Origin: Opitutia bacterium
GTDB lineage: Bacteria; Verrucomicrobiota; Verrucomicrobiia; Opitutales; T3Sed10-336
Assembly (NCBI GenBank): GCA_050506795.1
Contig: JBJHCF010000008.1
Span: 66,768-130,767, forward strand
Direction of reading: 5' to 3'
Length of the DNA stretch: 64,000 bases
Shown: positions 1-9,123 of the stretch, in pieces
Layout: every line of letters begins with the position of its first letter
Numbering within the stretch: position 1 is the first letter of the stretch
Translations under genes and position numbers: made by a program
The notes under the pieces: model-generated
What the model was told of the DNA's origin: nothing
Seen by the model: only the letters and a program-made list of their open reading frames with translations
The model's database searches: none

Positions 1-384
1 CGAGCTATCCAGGCCTACCAGTGTTTTTGCGATGAAACGCGCCTGCGGATTCTGAACCTCTTACTTGAGGGTCCGCTCTGCGTCTGTCACCTGACCGCGA
101 TTCTCGGTGTGCCGCAGCCGAAAGTGTCCCGCCACCTCAAGGCCTTGCGGGACGGAGGAGCCCTGGAAACGGAACGGTGTTACAACTGGACCATCTGCCG
201 CCTGCCGGCAACGCCGAGTCCCCTGCTGGAAGCCAATCTCAAGTGCCTCCAGGACCTGCGGGGGGATGAACCGGTGTTCAAGGCCGACCTCAAAACCCGC
301 AAACGCACCGTCGAGCGAATCCTCAGGAACCCCTGCGACGATCTCCCGAAAAAGATCCAGAGCCTGGCAAAGGACTGCTGCTGA
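1..384 (+). CDS. arsR: ArsR/SmtB family As(III)-responsive repressor, 5' truncated by the window
   Basis: Frame 1 is open from base 1: ..[33 protein letters not shown]..; CVC metal site, ends in CC; first gene of the ars cluster. Confidence 0.9.
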   Translation, partial: RAIQAYQCFCDETRLRILNLLLEGPLCVCHLTAILGVPQPKVSRHLKALRDGGALETERCYNWTICRLPATPSPLLEANLKCLQDLRGDEPVFKADLKTRKRTVERILRNPCDDLPKKIQSLAKDCC

Positions 385-401
385 CCCCGAATCATCAATC
401 A

Positions 402-833
402 ATGAAATCCAAAGTTCTCATTCTCTGCACCGGCAATTCCTGTCGCAGTCATATGGCGGAAGGCATTCTGCGGGCCGCCGCGGACGACCTGTTCGACGTT
501 TACAGCGCAGGCTCCAACCCCAAGGGCCAGGTTCACCCTCTCGCCATCGAGGTTCTCAAGGAAATCGGCATCGACGCCTCCGGGCATAAGTCGGAGCACC
601 TCGACAAGTACCTCAACGCCGGTATCAATACGGTAATCACCGTCTGCGGCAACGCCGATCAGGCCTGTCCCGCCTTTCCCGGAAAGGTCAATCGTTACCA
701 TTGGGGCTTCGAGGATCCCCCGCACGCCGTCCGCGACGGCGAAACCGAAATTGATGCCTTCCGCCGTATTCGCGATCAGATCAAACTCGTTTTCGAAGCC
801 TACGCCGCCGGCTGCCGCGAAGCCCAAAGTTAA
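402..833 (+). CDS. arsC: Arsenate reductase, thioredoxin-dependent LMW-PTP type
   Basis: P-loop [12 protein letters not shown]...CP resolving cysteines, HWGFEDP. Confidence 0.93.
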   Translation: MKSKVLILCTGNSCRSHMAEGILRAAADDLFDVYSAGSNPKGQVHPLAIEVLKEIGIDASGHKSEHLDKYLNAGINTVITVCGNADQACPAFPGKVNRYHWGFEDPPHAVRDGETEIDAFRRIRDQIKLVFEAYAAGCREAQS

Positions 834-852
834 CCGACCTCTCCACCGTATC

Positions 853-1194
853 ATGAAGACCATACTCGTTTACGATCCGCCCATGTGTTGCTCTACCGGC
901 GTCTGTGGACCCGATGTCGATCCACTGCTGCCGCGCTTTGCCGGCATGCTCACCCAACTGGAAAACTTCGGGGTGAAAGTCAAACGCCACAACCTGGCAC
1001 AGGAACCGGTGGCCTTCGCACAAAACCCGCAAGTCCGCGCGATGCTGGAAGAAGAAGGTGTCGAGGTCCTTCCCCTTATCTTCGTGGACAACGTCCTGGA
1101 AATGAAAGGACGCTATCCCGAGACCGCCGAACGCGGCGCGTTCGTCAAGCGTGCCCGCCAAGCCGACTCAAATAAGACTTCAGGGGCAGCATAG
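853..1194 (+). CDS. arsD: Arsenite metallochaperone ArsD
   Basis: YDPPMCCSTGVCG signature, NLAQEP.AF, GRYP; ATG at 853. Confidence 0.93.
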   Translation: MKTILVYDPPMCCSTGVCGPDVDPLLPRFAGMLTQLENFGVKVKRHNLAQEPVAFAQNPQVRAMLEEEGVEVLPLIFVDNVLEMKGRYPETAERGAFVKRARQADSNKTSGAA

Positions 1195-1195
1195 A

Positions 1196-3028
1196 ATGGA
1201 TTCCAACGGACAACGACACCCGCACGCCCTGAACGAACTGCTCGACGCTCCCGCGCGCTACACTTTCTTCACCGGCAAAGGCGGCGTGGGGAAAACCTCG
1301 ATCGCGTCGGCCACGGCGCTCGCATTGGCCGACGCCGGGAAACAGGTTCTCCTCATCAGCACAGATCCGGCCTCCAATCTGGACGAAGTCCTCGGATTGG
1401 AATTGAGCCGCGAGCCGCGGGCCGTACCCGCCTGCCAAAGTCTGTCCGCCCTCAATATCGATCCGGAAGCGGTGGCCGCCGAATACCGCGAAAAGGTCAT
1501 CGGCCCCATGCGCGGGGTTCTGCCTGAAACGGCTCTCAAAGCGATGGAAGAACAACTCTCCGGGGCCTGCACCATGGAGATCGCCGCCTTCGATGAATTC
1601 ACCGGCTACCTCAGCGACGAGGCCGCCAACGGATTTGATGTCATCGTTTTCGATACCGCCCCGACCGGTCACACGCTTCGTCTGATGGCGCTCTCGCAAG
1701 CGTGGACGAGTTTTCTCGACGACAACACCAGCGGCAATTCCTGCCTCGGGCCGCTGGCTGGGCTGGAGAAACAACGTCAAGCCTACGCCCAAGCCGTCGA
1801 AGTACTCAAGGACGCCGACCGCACCGCCGTCTTTCTTGTCAGTCGCGCGAACAGGAGCACGCTGAAAGAAGCCCGCCGCACCTGGAAGGAGTTCGCCGAT
1901 CTCGGAATTAAGAACCAAAGCCTCATTCTCAACGGGTGGTACGCGCCGGCGGACGCCCACCGTGACGATCCCGTCGCGAAGCGCTGGCTGGAGAGGCAGA
2001 GCGCCGCCGTGGCGACCGAGGCCGCCTTCATCGACTCCCTGCCTCTCTTCCGCTCCCCACTCCTCCCCGGCAATCTTATCGGGTTGGACAATCTGCGCGC
2101 GTTTTATCAGGGCACGGAAATCGATTCGCCCGCATCCGCCGAAGCGGTCCAGCTCACCATTCCGGACCTGCCGGACCTCGGCCGATTGGCCGATCAGCTC
2201 GCACCGGCCGGCCGCGGTGTGATCATGACCATGGGCAAAGGCGGCGTCGGCAAGACCACCATCGCGGCGGCCCTGGCCCTCGCTCTCGCCGACCGCGGCG
2301 CCAAGGTGCGCCTGTCGACCACCGACCCGGCGGCCCATCTCACCGATGCCGTGGGCGACAAAGGGGACATCCCGCTCACCGTCGAACGCATCGACCCGAA
2401 AACCGAAACCGCCGCCTATATCGAAGAAGTGCTCGCCACCCAGGGGGCCGACATGGACGCGGAAAACCGGGCCCTCCTGGAGGAGGACCTGCGCTCGCCC
2501 TGCACCGAGGAAATCGCCGTCTTCCGCGCCTTCGCGCGCACCGTGGCCAAAGGAGAGGACGAGTTCGTCGTGCTCGACACCGCGCCCACCGGCCACACCC
2601 TCCTGCTTCTCGACGCCACCCAGTCCTACCACCGCGAGTTGGGACGGCAGACGCGTTCCACCCAGCAGGCGGAGGAGGTCGAGAAACTCCTCCCGCGCCT
2701 GCGCGACCCGGACTTCACCCGTGTCCTCCTCGTAACTCTCCCCGAAAGCACCCCTGTACACGAAGCGGCCGCCTTGCAGGCCGACTTGCGCCGCGCGGAA
2801 ATCGAACCCCACGCCTGGATTATCAACCAGAGCCTGGCCGCCGCCGAAACACGGGAGCCGCTACTGGCCGCGCGCGGCCGGGCGGAAATCCCCTACCTGC
2901 ACGAAGTCGTCGGTGAAAACCCGGACAAGCCCGTCTACCTGATCCCCTGGAGCCCCGTCGAGCCAACCGGACTCGAAGGCCTGCGCCAACTCGTCGGCAA
3001 GGTGCAAGCCGTCGCTTCCAAGCAATAA
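1196..3028 (+). CDS. arsA: Arsenite-activated ATPase ArsA
   Basis: Two GKGGVGKT P-loops, two DTAPTGHT motifs, metalloid cysteines in GACT, SCLGP and SPCTEE; ATG 1 nt after the arsD stop. Confidence 0.96.
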   Translation: MDSNGQRHPHALNELLDAPARYTFFTGKGGVGKTSIASATALALADAGKQVLLISTDPASNLDEVLGLELSREPRAVPACQSLSALNIDPEAVAAEYREKVIGPMRGVLPETALKAMEEQLSGACTMEIAAFDEFTGYLSDEAANGFDVIVFDTAPTGHTLRLMALSQAWTSFLDDNTSGNSCLGPLAGLEKQRQAYAQAVEVLKDADRTAVFLVSRANRSTLKEARRTWKEFADLGIKNQSLILNGWYAPADAHRDDPVAKRWLERQSAAVATEAAFIDSLPLFRSPLLPGNLIGLDNLRAFYQGTEIDSPASAEAVQLTIPDLPDLGRLADQLAPAGRGVIMTMGKGGVGKTTIAAALALALADRGAKVRLSTTDPAAHLTDAVGDKGDIPLTVERIDPKTETAAYIEEVLATQGADMDAENRALLEEDLRSPCTEEIAVFRAFARTVAKGEDEFVVLDTAPTGHTLLLLDATQSYHRELGRQTRSTQQAEEVEKLLPRLRDPDFTRVLLVTLPESTPVHEAAALQADLRRAEIEPHAWIINQSLAAAETREPLLAARGRAEIPYLHEVVGENPDKPVYLIPWSPVEPTGLEGLRQLVGKVQAVASKQ

Positions 3029-3110
3029 TCCTCAAACTTTGTCACCACTTCACATTGCAACCAATCAACCATGACACTAACCAACCCGACTGGCACTCGG
3101 TTAATCCCAA

Positions 3111-3160
3111 AGTAGAACACGCTTCCAGCGTGTTGTCTCAGGCTGGAAGCCTAAGCTACT
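3111..3160. repeat. GTAG-type REP-like inverted hairpin dyad
   Basis: AGTAG-AACACGC-TTCCA-GCGTGTT, then an inverted partner reading AGTAG-CTTAGGC-TTCCA-GCCTGAG on the minus strand. Confidence 0.7.
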
Positions 3161-3215
3161 TCGAGCCAGCGCCTAAACCGAGTGCCATTTTAACCAACTA
3201 TCATACCGAAAACAC

Positions 3216-3431
3216 ATGACCACCTACGTTTACGAAACCATCCCATCCGACAAAAACGAAGAGCCCAAGCTCTTTGAGATTCAGCAAAGCATGAAAGACG
3301 CCCCGCTGACTCGGCACCCCGAAACCGGTGAACCCATCCGCCGCGTCATCCTCGGAGGTTACGGCTTGATGAAGTCGGAAGGCGGGGATGCCAACGAAGG
3401 CTGCTGCGGCCCGAGCTGCGGCTGCCACTAA
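3216..3431 (+). CDS. FmdB-like small protein with a Cys-rich C-terminal tail
   Basis: MTTYVYE..FEI.QSM.D.PL..HPETG..IRRVI pattern; tail CCGPSCGCH. Confidence 0.75.
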   Translation: MTTYVYETIPSDKNEEPKLFEIQQSMKDAPLTRHPETGEPIRRVILGGYGLMKSEGGDANEGCCGPSCGCH

Positions 3432-3472
3432 TCAAGAAAACGGGAGTGTTGGAGGATTGGAGTGTTCGCGTT

Positions 3473-4540
3473 ATGAAGAAAAACAAGCCTGTCGGAATCA
3501 GTTTCTTTGAAAAGAACCTCACCGTCTGGGTCGCTCTGTGTATGGTTGCGGGTGTTCTAATCGGAAAGTTTCTTCCCGGAATCCCTCAATTTCTGAGCCG
3601 ATTCGAATACGCGCAAGTGTCGATTCCGATCGCCGTCCTGATCTGGTTGATGATCTACCCGATGATGATGAAGGTGGATTTCACCAGCATCAAGAATGTG
3701 CGCAAGGAACCCCGCGGGCTTTATGTTACCTGGACGGTCAACTGGTTGATCAAGCCGTTCACCATGTTTGCGATTGCGGCCTTTTTCTTCTACTTTCTAT
3801 TCAAGGCCTGGATTCCGCATGAACTGGCCCGGGATTATCTCGCCGGAGCCGTTATCCTTGGCGCGGCGCCCTGCACGGCCATGGTCTTTGTCTGGAGCCA
3901 CCTGACGAGGGGAAACCCCGCCTACACGGTCGTCCAGGTCGCGACCAATGACTTGATCATTCTTGTCGCTTTCGTGCCCATCGTGGTTCTTCTCCTGGGA
4001 ATTGGCGGGGTCAGTATCCCCTGGGACACGCTGTTGCTCTCGGTCGTCCTTTTCGTGGTTATTCCTTTGGCCGGCGGAATCTGGACCCGGAGAGCCGTGA
4101 TCAAACGCAAGGGTGAGGCGTATTTCCACCAGCGGTTCATCACCAAGTTCAACAACGTTACCATCATTGGTCTCCTCCTGACCCTTGTCCTCATCTTCTC
4201 ATTCCAAGGGGACGTCATTCTCGGAAATCCGCTCCATATTCTCCTGATTGCGATTCCTCTGATCATTCAAACCTTCCTGATCTTTTTCATCGCGTACTTT
4301 GTCAGTAAAAAACTGCGGATCTGTCATGATGTCGCCGCACCCGCGGGCATGATCGGCGCCTCGAATTTCTTCGAACTGGCTGTGGCGGTAGCCATCACGA
4401 TCTTCGGCGCTTCATCCCCTGTGGTTTTGGTCACGATCGTCGGCGTGTTGGTCGAAGTTCCGGTGATGCTGGCGCTGGTCAAGATCGCCAACCGGACGAA
4501 GCACTGGTTCCCCGCCAGAGAAAGAGCACAACCCGAATAG
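3473..4540 (+). CDS. acr3: Acr3 family arsenite efflux transporter
   Basis: LIWLMIYPMM, NWLIKPF, APCTAMVFVWS, GASNFFELAVA, GVLVEVPVML; about 10 TM segments. Confidence 0.95.
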   Translation: MKKNKPVGISFFEKNLTVWVALCMVAGVLIGKFLPGIPQFLSRFEYAQVSIPIAVLIWLMIYPMMMKVDFTSIKNVRKEPRGLYVTWTVNWLIKPFTMFAIAAFFFYFLFKAWIPHELARDYLAGAVILGAAPCTAMVFVWSHLTRGNPAYTVVQVATNDLIILVAFVPIVVLLLGIGGVSIPWDTLLLSVVLFVVIPLAGGIWTRRAVIKRKGEAYFHQRFITKFNNVTIIGLLLTLVLIFSFQGDVILGNPLHILLIAIPLIIQTFLIFFIAYFVSKKLRICHDVAAPAGMIGASNFFELAVAVAITIFGASSPVVLVTIVGVLVEVPVMLALVKIANRTKHWFPARERAQPE

Positions 4541-4571
4541 ATGCAAACCCCATCCAGAAAGGACATTTCCC

Positions 4572-5447
4572 ATGTTTAAGCGTTTTATTGTCGCAACCGA
4601 CCTTTCCCCCGCCTCATTCGCCGTGGTAGGTTGTCTCGGCGCATTACGGGCCTACGGCGCGGAGCAATGCCTGCTCCTGCAATGCCTTACCTATCAAGAG
4701 GCGGCTTCGACGGCCCTGTCCTACCATACGGAACCGATCGAAGGAATGTTGCGGGAGCAAAAAGAAGTCCTCGAAAAGGAGGGGTTCGCGGTGGAAGCCA
4801 GAACCGTCGTCGGTTCCCCCAAACAGGAAGTGACCCGAATTGCGAGCGAGGAGGATTACTCCCTGATTGTGGTTGGAGCACAGGGACACTCCCTAATGGC
4901 CGAAAGACTCCTGGGGGGCGTTGCCTATGGCATCATCCACAACGCAAAAAAACCGGTCATGGTGGTGCCGGTCGAAAATAAACCGGGCGAAGAGGATGGT
5001 TGCGAGCCCATCGCCCACTGCGGCTTCAACGATCATGTCTTATTCGCCACCGATTTTTCGGAGATGGCTGACAACGCGTTCACCTTTGTCGAGCAACTGG
5101 TTGCCAACGGGGCGGGAAAGGTGACGCTGGTCCACGTTCAGGACAAGGTGAAGCTGGAAAAACACCTCAAGGAACGCCTGGAGGAATTCAACAGGATCGA
5201 TCAAGGTCGCCTGGAGGAGCTAAAAGAAAGGCTGCTGAAAAAGGGCAGCCCTGAGATTGAGATCGAGATCCGCTATGGGAAGCCTTTTGCAGAGATCACC
5301 CGTCTGATCCGGGAACGCAACGCGCAGCTTGTCGTCATGGGAACTCAAGGACGCAGCTTTGCGGGTGAACTCTTCCTGGGCAGTGTCAGCCACAACGTTG
5401 CCCGTTCCTCGGTCGCTCCGGTACTGCTGATTCCAGCAGTTCGGTAA
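4572..5447 (+). CDS. Universal stress protein with two USP domains
   Basis: Two ATD(L/F)S starts and two (L/V)VG..G....LG(G/S)V...PV motifs. Confidence 0.9.
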   Translation: MFKRFIVATDLSPASFAVVGCLGALRAYGAEQCLLLQCLTYQEAASTALSYHTEPIEGMLREQKEVLEKEGFAVEARTVVGSPKQEVTRIASEEDYSLIVVGAQGHSLMAERLLGGVAYGIIHNAKKPVMVVPVENKPGEEDGCEPIAHCGFNDHVLFATDFSEMADNAFTFVEQLVANGAGKVTLVHVQDKVKLEKHLKERLEEFNRIDQGRLEELKERLLKKGSPEIEIEIRYGKPFAEITRLIRERNAQLVVMGTQGRSFAGELFLGSVSHNVARSSVAPVLLIPAVR

Positions 5448-5465
5448 AGCGAGAGCCTACGGGAA

Positions 5466-8417
5466 TTAATTTCCCTCATTGCGGCTTCCCTCCTTCCCGC
5501 GGGCCGCGATATTGCACGTATCATGGAGGGCGCCCGATGTGTAGCGGCGCATCCTCTCCTTCCATTGCCCGGGGATCCGCTCATCCACCCGGGCGAAGAG
5601 GTTTACGGGAGTACCGCTCCCTTCGCGAATCAGCTGCAGTGCCGTGGTCAACTGCAGCACTGTGCCGCGAATGATATCATTCAGGATCTGCGCTTCCTCC
5701 GAGTTGTGACTCCCGCCGTAGCTTCGCTCGATCATCAGGACCTGACCCGACTCTTCAAGATTGAGCGGTCGGAGCTTTTGACGGATCTCTCCGCGGATCT
5801 CCACACCAAATTCATCCTCGATCTCCAAAACGATCCCTGTGATCCGATCGCGAAAGGCATCGATGGTATCCTGGCTTTCCGCCCGTAAATCGATGGAAAG
5901 GTGGGCTTGTCGAAAGAAGTTGCTGTAGCTGACATCCTCCACCCGGCGCAGCCCAACCCCCTCTCCTCCGGAGGCGACGCGGCGGGCAAGCGTTCCATAG
6001 ATGTAGCCCTCCAGTCCGCTCTGCAGTTCCTCGCGCTCCTCCTCCGTCAGAGCCGGACCTTCCACCGCAAGGGAAACGCTCGCGCGCCCCGGGATGACAT
6101 TCCGGTTGATTCCCGGCTCAAGATGGATGTTGTTAACGTTCGGTCGCAGGGTCCCGATCCCGGCCCGCGTGCGCTCCGCATTGATGACCGCGACGCGCTC
6201 GCGAAACTCGCCGGCCAGGCGCGCGATCGCCACACCAGCATCGCGCCGATCCATCGTCCTTGTGGCCCCGGCATGGTTGAGCTCGCCTGAAAGCGTCCAG
6301 CGAGTGACCAGGGCGGGATCTTCGTTCCACTCCGGAAGCCCATCCCCCTGGAGAATGCCGACTGTGATCCGGACGTTCTCGAAGGCCTCCTCCAGTGCCA
6401 GGGCTCGCAATCTGCGATTCATCTCGAGGCCGGCCTCGTCCGACCGCTCCCCCTCGAAACCGAAGTCCTCCTGGTGGATCCCCATCACGGTACCCACCGG
6501 GACCATGGGAACTCCGGCGCGATCGAGATCGGGGCCCTGTTCGATATGCCTTTCGTAAGTATGCGGCGTATAGAACTCTCCGGGTTGGAAGCAGGCGGCA
6601 AGGAGCCCGTCGCTGTCGCCTGCTTTCACTCCTTTCAGATCGCACGCAAGATCGATTCTGCCTTCACTCTGGAGATCGCGCAAACCCTCGAGAACCGCCA
6701 CCAGCTTCTCGCCAAAACGGTTCCCGTCGCCATCGGTCATTCCATAAATGGTTTCGAGCGACGCACGTCCGGTCACGGCCGCGCTGCCGGGCATGGAGAC
6801 CCCACCGCCCGTAAAGCTCATCTCTTCGCCGATGAACGCGCTCACACAAATCCGGGGCCCGTCTCCCGATGGGACCAGATCCAGTTCGAGATAGGTTCTT
6901 AGATCGTTCAGCGTGTGCGCCACTTCGATACCGGAGGCGACCCCGAGACGCCCATCGAACATACCACCGTCCAGGACCGTATCGATATGTGAACAGAATG
7001 AAATCGCCCCATCCATCAGATCGGAGAACCGAACCCGCCCCTGGCGCAGCGCTTCCCGGTCGTCTTCTGAAAGAAGCATTCCGTGAATACTGCCGGCCCG
7101 GTCCACCGCCACTGTCAGGCCCGCACGATTCATCTGACGGATGGTCTCCACACTCGCACGGAAAAATCCGGGCGTCAGCGCCCGTGCGTCGATCCTGCCT
7201 TCGGAATCGAGCGACACCTTTGCCAGTTGATCGATTCGCCGCCGCAGACGAACCCCGAGTCCGCGAGCCTGGGAAAGCTCTTCGCTGGATTGCAGGTAGT
7301 GGAGCAGATCGTTTCCCTTGCGCAGTTCCCCTTCGATATCCCGGAGTGTCGCATAATAGGCGACAGTTACCGCCACCTCCGCGAGGGGTTCGAGCTGTTC
7401 GCTCGACCAGGCGGCATCCTCTTGAACCACCCGGTGCACATCGCTCTCATCGATCGGAACGCGAAGCCGCGCTTCGATCGCGGCACAATCCGCCGAACGG
7501 CTCTCCCGTGAGCGAACGAGCTCCCGCGTAAGCGTGCGAAAGGGATCGCCCCGTCCGGTATACATCCGCTGCATCCGATCGTGTTGCTCATCGCCGCCCA
7601 GAATGTTGTTGGCATAGGTCCAGGTTGCCGGATCGCCGATGCTTCCACGTTCGGCGCCACAGAGCGCCCGAACGATCGCCGCATGCCCTTCCACGGAAAG
7701 CTCCTCGAGATCCACCTCATTCAAGGTGCATCCCTCCCCGAGCAGCGCTTCGACCTCTCTTCGTTGAGTCGCGGTCAGATACCGTTCATCGAGAATCAGG
7801 TGTCCGAGAAGGGGCGCCTCAAGAAGCAGGCATTCGGGTGCGTTCAAAAGTTCCCGCATCTCCAGGGGAGGAAAGAGACGATCGGTTTCCAGGGTCGGAT
7901 CTATGACCCGGTCGACAACCCGGCCATTCTCTTCATCCCAGAAGCGAAGAACGGGATAGACATGGCTCCGCGCCACGGCGAACTGAACACGGGGCGCGTG
8001 ATGCAGAACAAACGGCCCCGTAAGAATCCGGTCCCCTTCGATCTCCAGCCCCGGGCAACTGTCGGAGAAAAGCCGGCGCAGGACCGGATCGGTCAAATCC
8101 GCCTTCTCGCAGAGAGAGTTGGGAACAACGATCGCATGCTCCCGCTCTCGCCAGTCCTCTTCGGCCAGTGCCTCCGGCGACATATCCCGCTCCATCGCCA
8201 GACCCCGCCAGATCGCGTAAGGCGGGATTTCCAGGGCGAGCAGATGATCGATAATCATGCTGGCGCGCTTTCCGCAACCGTATTCAGATATCGAGTACGG
8301 GAGCGCCAGGTAGGCGAGAATCAAATCAAGAACCGCCCCACTCTGCGAAAGGAGGGGGAAGCCGGTGGATCCGTCCCGCTCAATGGAAACAGACAAAGTT
8401 TCTCTTTCAGGTATCAC
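5466..8417 (-). CDS. M20 Zn-amidohydrolase (allantoate/N-carbamoyl-amino-acid hydrolase-like) with an N-terminal papain-fold, protein-glutaminase-like domain
   Basis: SHIDTV..GG.FDG.LG, EE, HIEQGP, NHAGAT.M..RRDA, NVIPG, SHN.E, SGALHD; N-terminus has GCGKRA..M, HVYPV, VIDPTL. Confidence 0.75.
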   Translation of the reverse strand: MIPERETLSVSIERDGSTGFPLLSQSGAVLDLILAYLALPYSISEYGCGKRASMIIDHLLALEIPPYAIWRGLAMERDMSPEALAEEDWREREHAIVVPNSLCEKADLTDPVLRRLFSDSCPGLEIEGDRILTGPFVLHHAPRVQFAVARSHVYPVLRFWDEENGRVVDRVIDPTLETDRLFPPLEMRELLNAPECLLLEAPLLGHLILDERYLTATQRREVEALLGEGCTLNEVDLEELSVEGHAAIVRALCGAERGSIGDPATWTYANNILGGDEQHDRMQRMYTGRGDPFRTLTRELVRSRESRSADCAAIEARLRVPIDESDVHRVVQEDAAWSSEQLEPLAEVAVTVAYYATLRDIEGELRKGNDLLHYLQSSEELSQARGLGVRLRRRIDQLAKVSLDSEGRIDARALTPGFFRASVETIRQMNRAGLTVAVDRAGSIHGMLLSEDDREALRQGRVRFSDLMDGAISFCSHIDTVLDGGMFDGRLGVASGIEVAHTLNDLRTYLELDLVPSGDGPRICVSAFIGEEMSFTGGGVSMPGSAAVTGRASLETIYGMTDGDGNRFGEKLVAVLEGLRDLQSEGRIDLACDLKGVKAGDSDGLLAACFQPGEFYTPHTYERHIEQGPDLDRAGVPMVPVGTVMGIHQEDFGFEGERSDEAGLEMNRRLRALALEEAFENVRITVGILQGDGLPEWNEDPALVTRWTLSGELNHAGATRTMDRRDAGVAIARLAGEFRERVAVINAERTRAGIGTLRPNVNNIHLEPGINRNVIPGRASVSLAVEGPALTEEEREELQSGLEGYIYGTLARRVASGGEGVGLRRVEDVSYSNFFRQAHLSIDLRAESQDTIDAFRDRITGIVLEIEDEFGVEIRGEIRQKLRPLNLEESGQVLMIERSYGGSHNSEEAQILNDIIRGTVLQLTTALQLIREGSGTPVNLFARVDERIPGQWKERMRRYTSGALHDTCNIAARGKEGSRNEGN

Positions 8418-8426
8418 AACGTCGTC

Positions 8427-8604
8427 TCAATCGTTTATCCCGGGCCCATCATTGAACCGGCCGGCCACTTCCGAGGCGCTAAGGTCACGGTCGTAGATCG
8501 CGACCTCGTGAAACACCCCGGTAATCCTTCCCGGCCAGTTCGGCGAATGTGAAGAAGGCGGCAAATGCACTGAGGGCAACCAGGATAGGGAAAAGCTTTT
8601 TCAT
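8427..8604 (-). pseudogene. Remnant of a secreted LamG/ConA-like domain gene
   Basis: ATG 8604 gives a signal-like MKKLFPILVALSAFAAFFTFA; another frame reads ITGVFHEVAIYDRDLSASEVAGRF, a LamG C-terminal pattern. Confidence 0.45.
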
Positions 8605-8756
8605 TGTTCTGAATCCCGTATTATTTCAGATGAAAATCCACGTCAAGTATCGCGTCCCGAGCAGAAGCCTGCAGCAGCCCAAACGTGGGAACGACGAACG
8701 GGCGCGACCGTTATTCCCCTTTTGGCTCAACCGAGGGGCATCCTGGCCAGGCTCGC

Positions 8757-9122
8757 TCATTCTTGCGGCCGGATCTCTCTTCCGGTGGGAGATATCACAA
8801 TCTCTTCGAATGCAAATTGCCGTCCGGGATTCGCAATAAGTTCCAGCGTCCAGTGAATGGCGATAAGCTTCCCGGAGAAGCTGTAAGGTCCACGGGGAAG
8901 GTAAACGCTGAAGGGACGACTCTCGTGAGCCGCCGGATTTTCAAACGGAATACTGCGTACGATTTCCGCTTCTGGATCGCCTTTCCCTTCCGTGTACCAA
9001 AGGAGATTCAGGAAAATCGTTTCCGGCGCCTCATTGAATTCCCAGGACACCGTTCCCTCGACTTTTTCACAGGGGTTAAAGGCACGCCGCTCATCCGCAA
9101 ACTGTATGCTCAATTTCCCCAT
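8757..9122 (-). CDS. Hypothetical beta-sandwich (arrestin-like) protein
   Basis: Alternating beta pattern, LWYTEGKG, PYSFSGKLI.I.W; starts 1 nt after the upstream gene's stop. Confidence 0.7.
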   Translation of the reverse strand: MGKLSIQFADERRAFNPCEKVEGTVSWEFNEAPETIFLNLLWYTEGKGDPEAEIVRSIPFENPAAHESRPFSVYLPRGPYSFSGKLIAIHWTLELIANPGRQFAFEEIVISPTGREIRPQE

Positions 9123-9123
9123 G

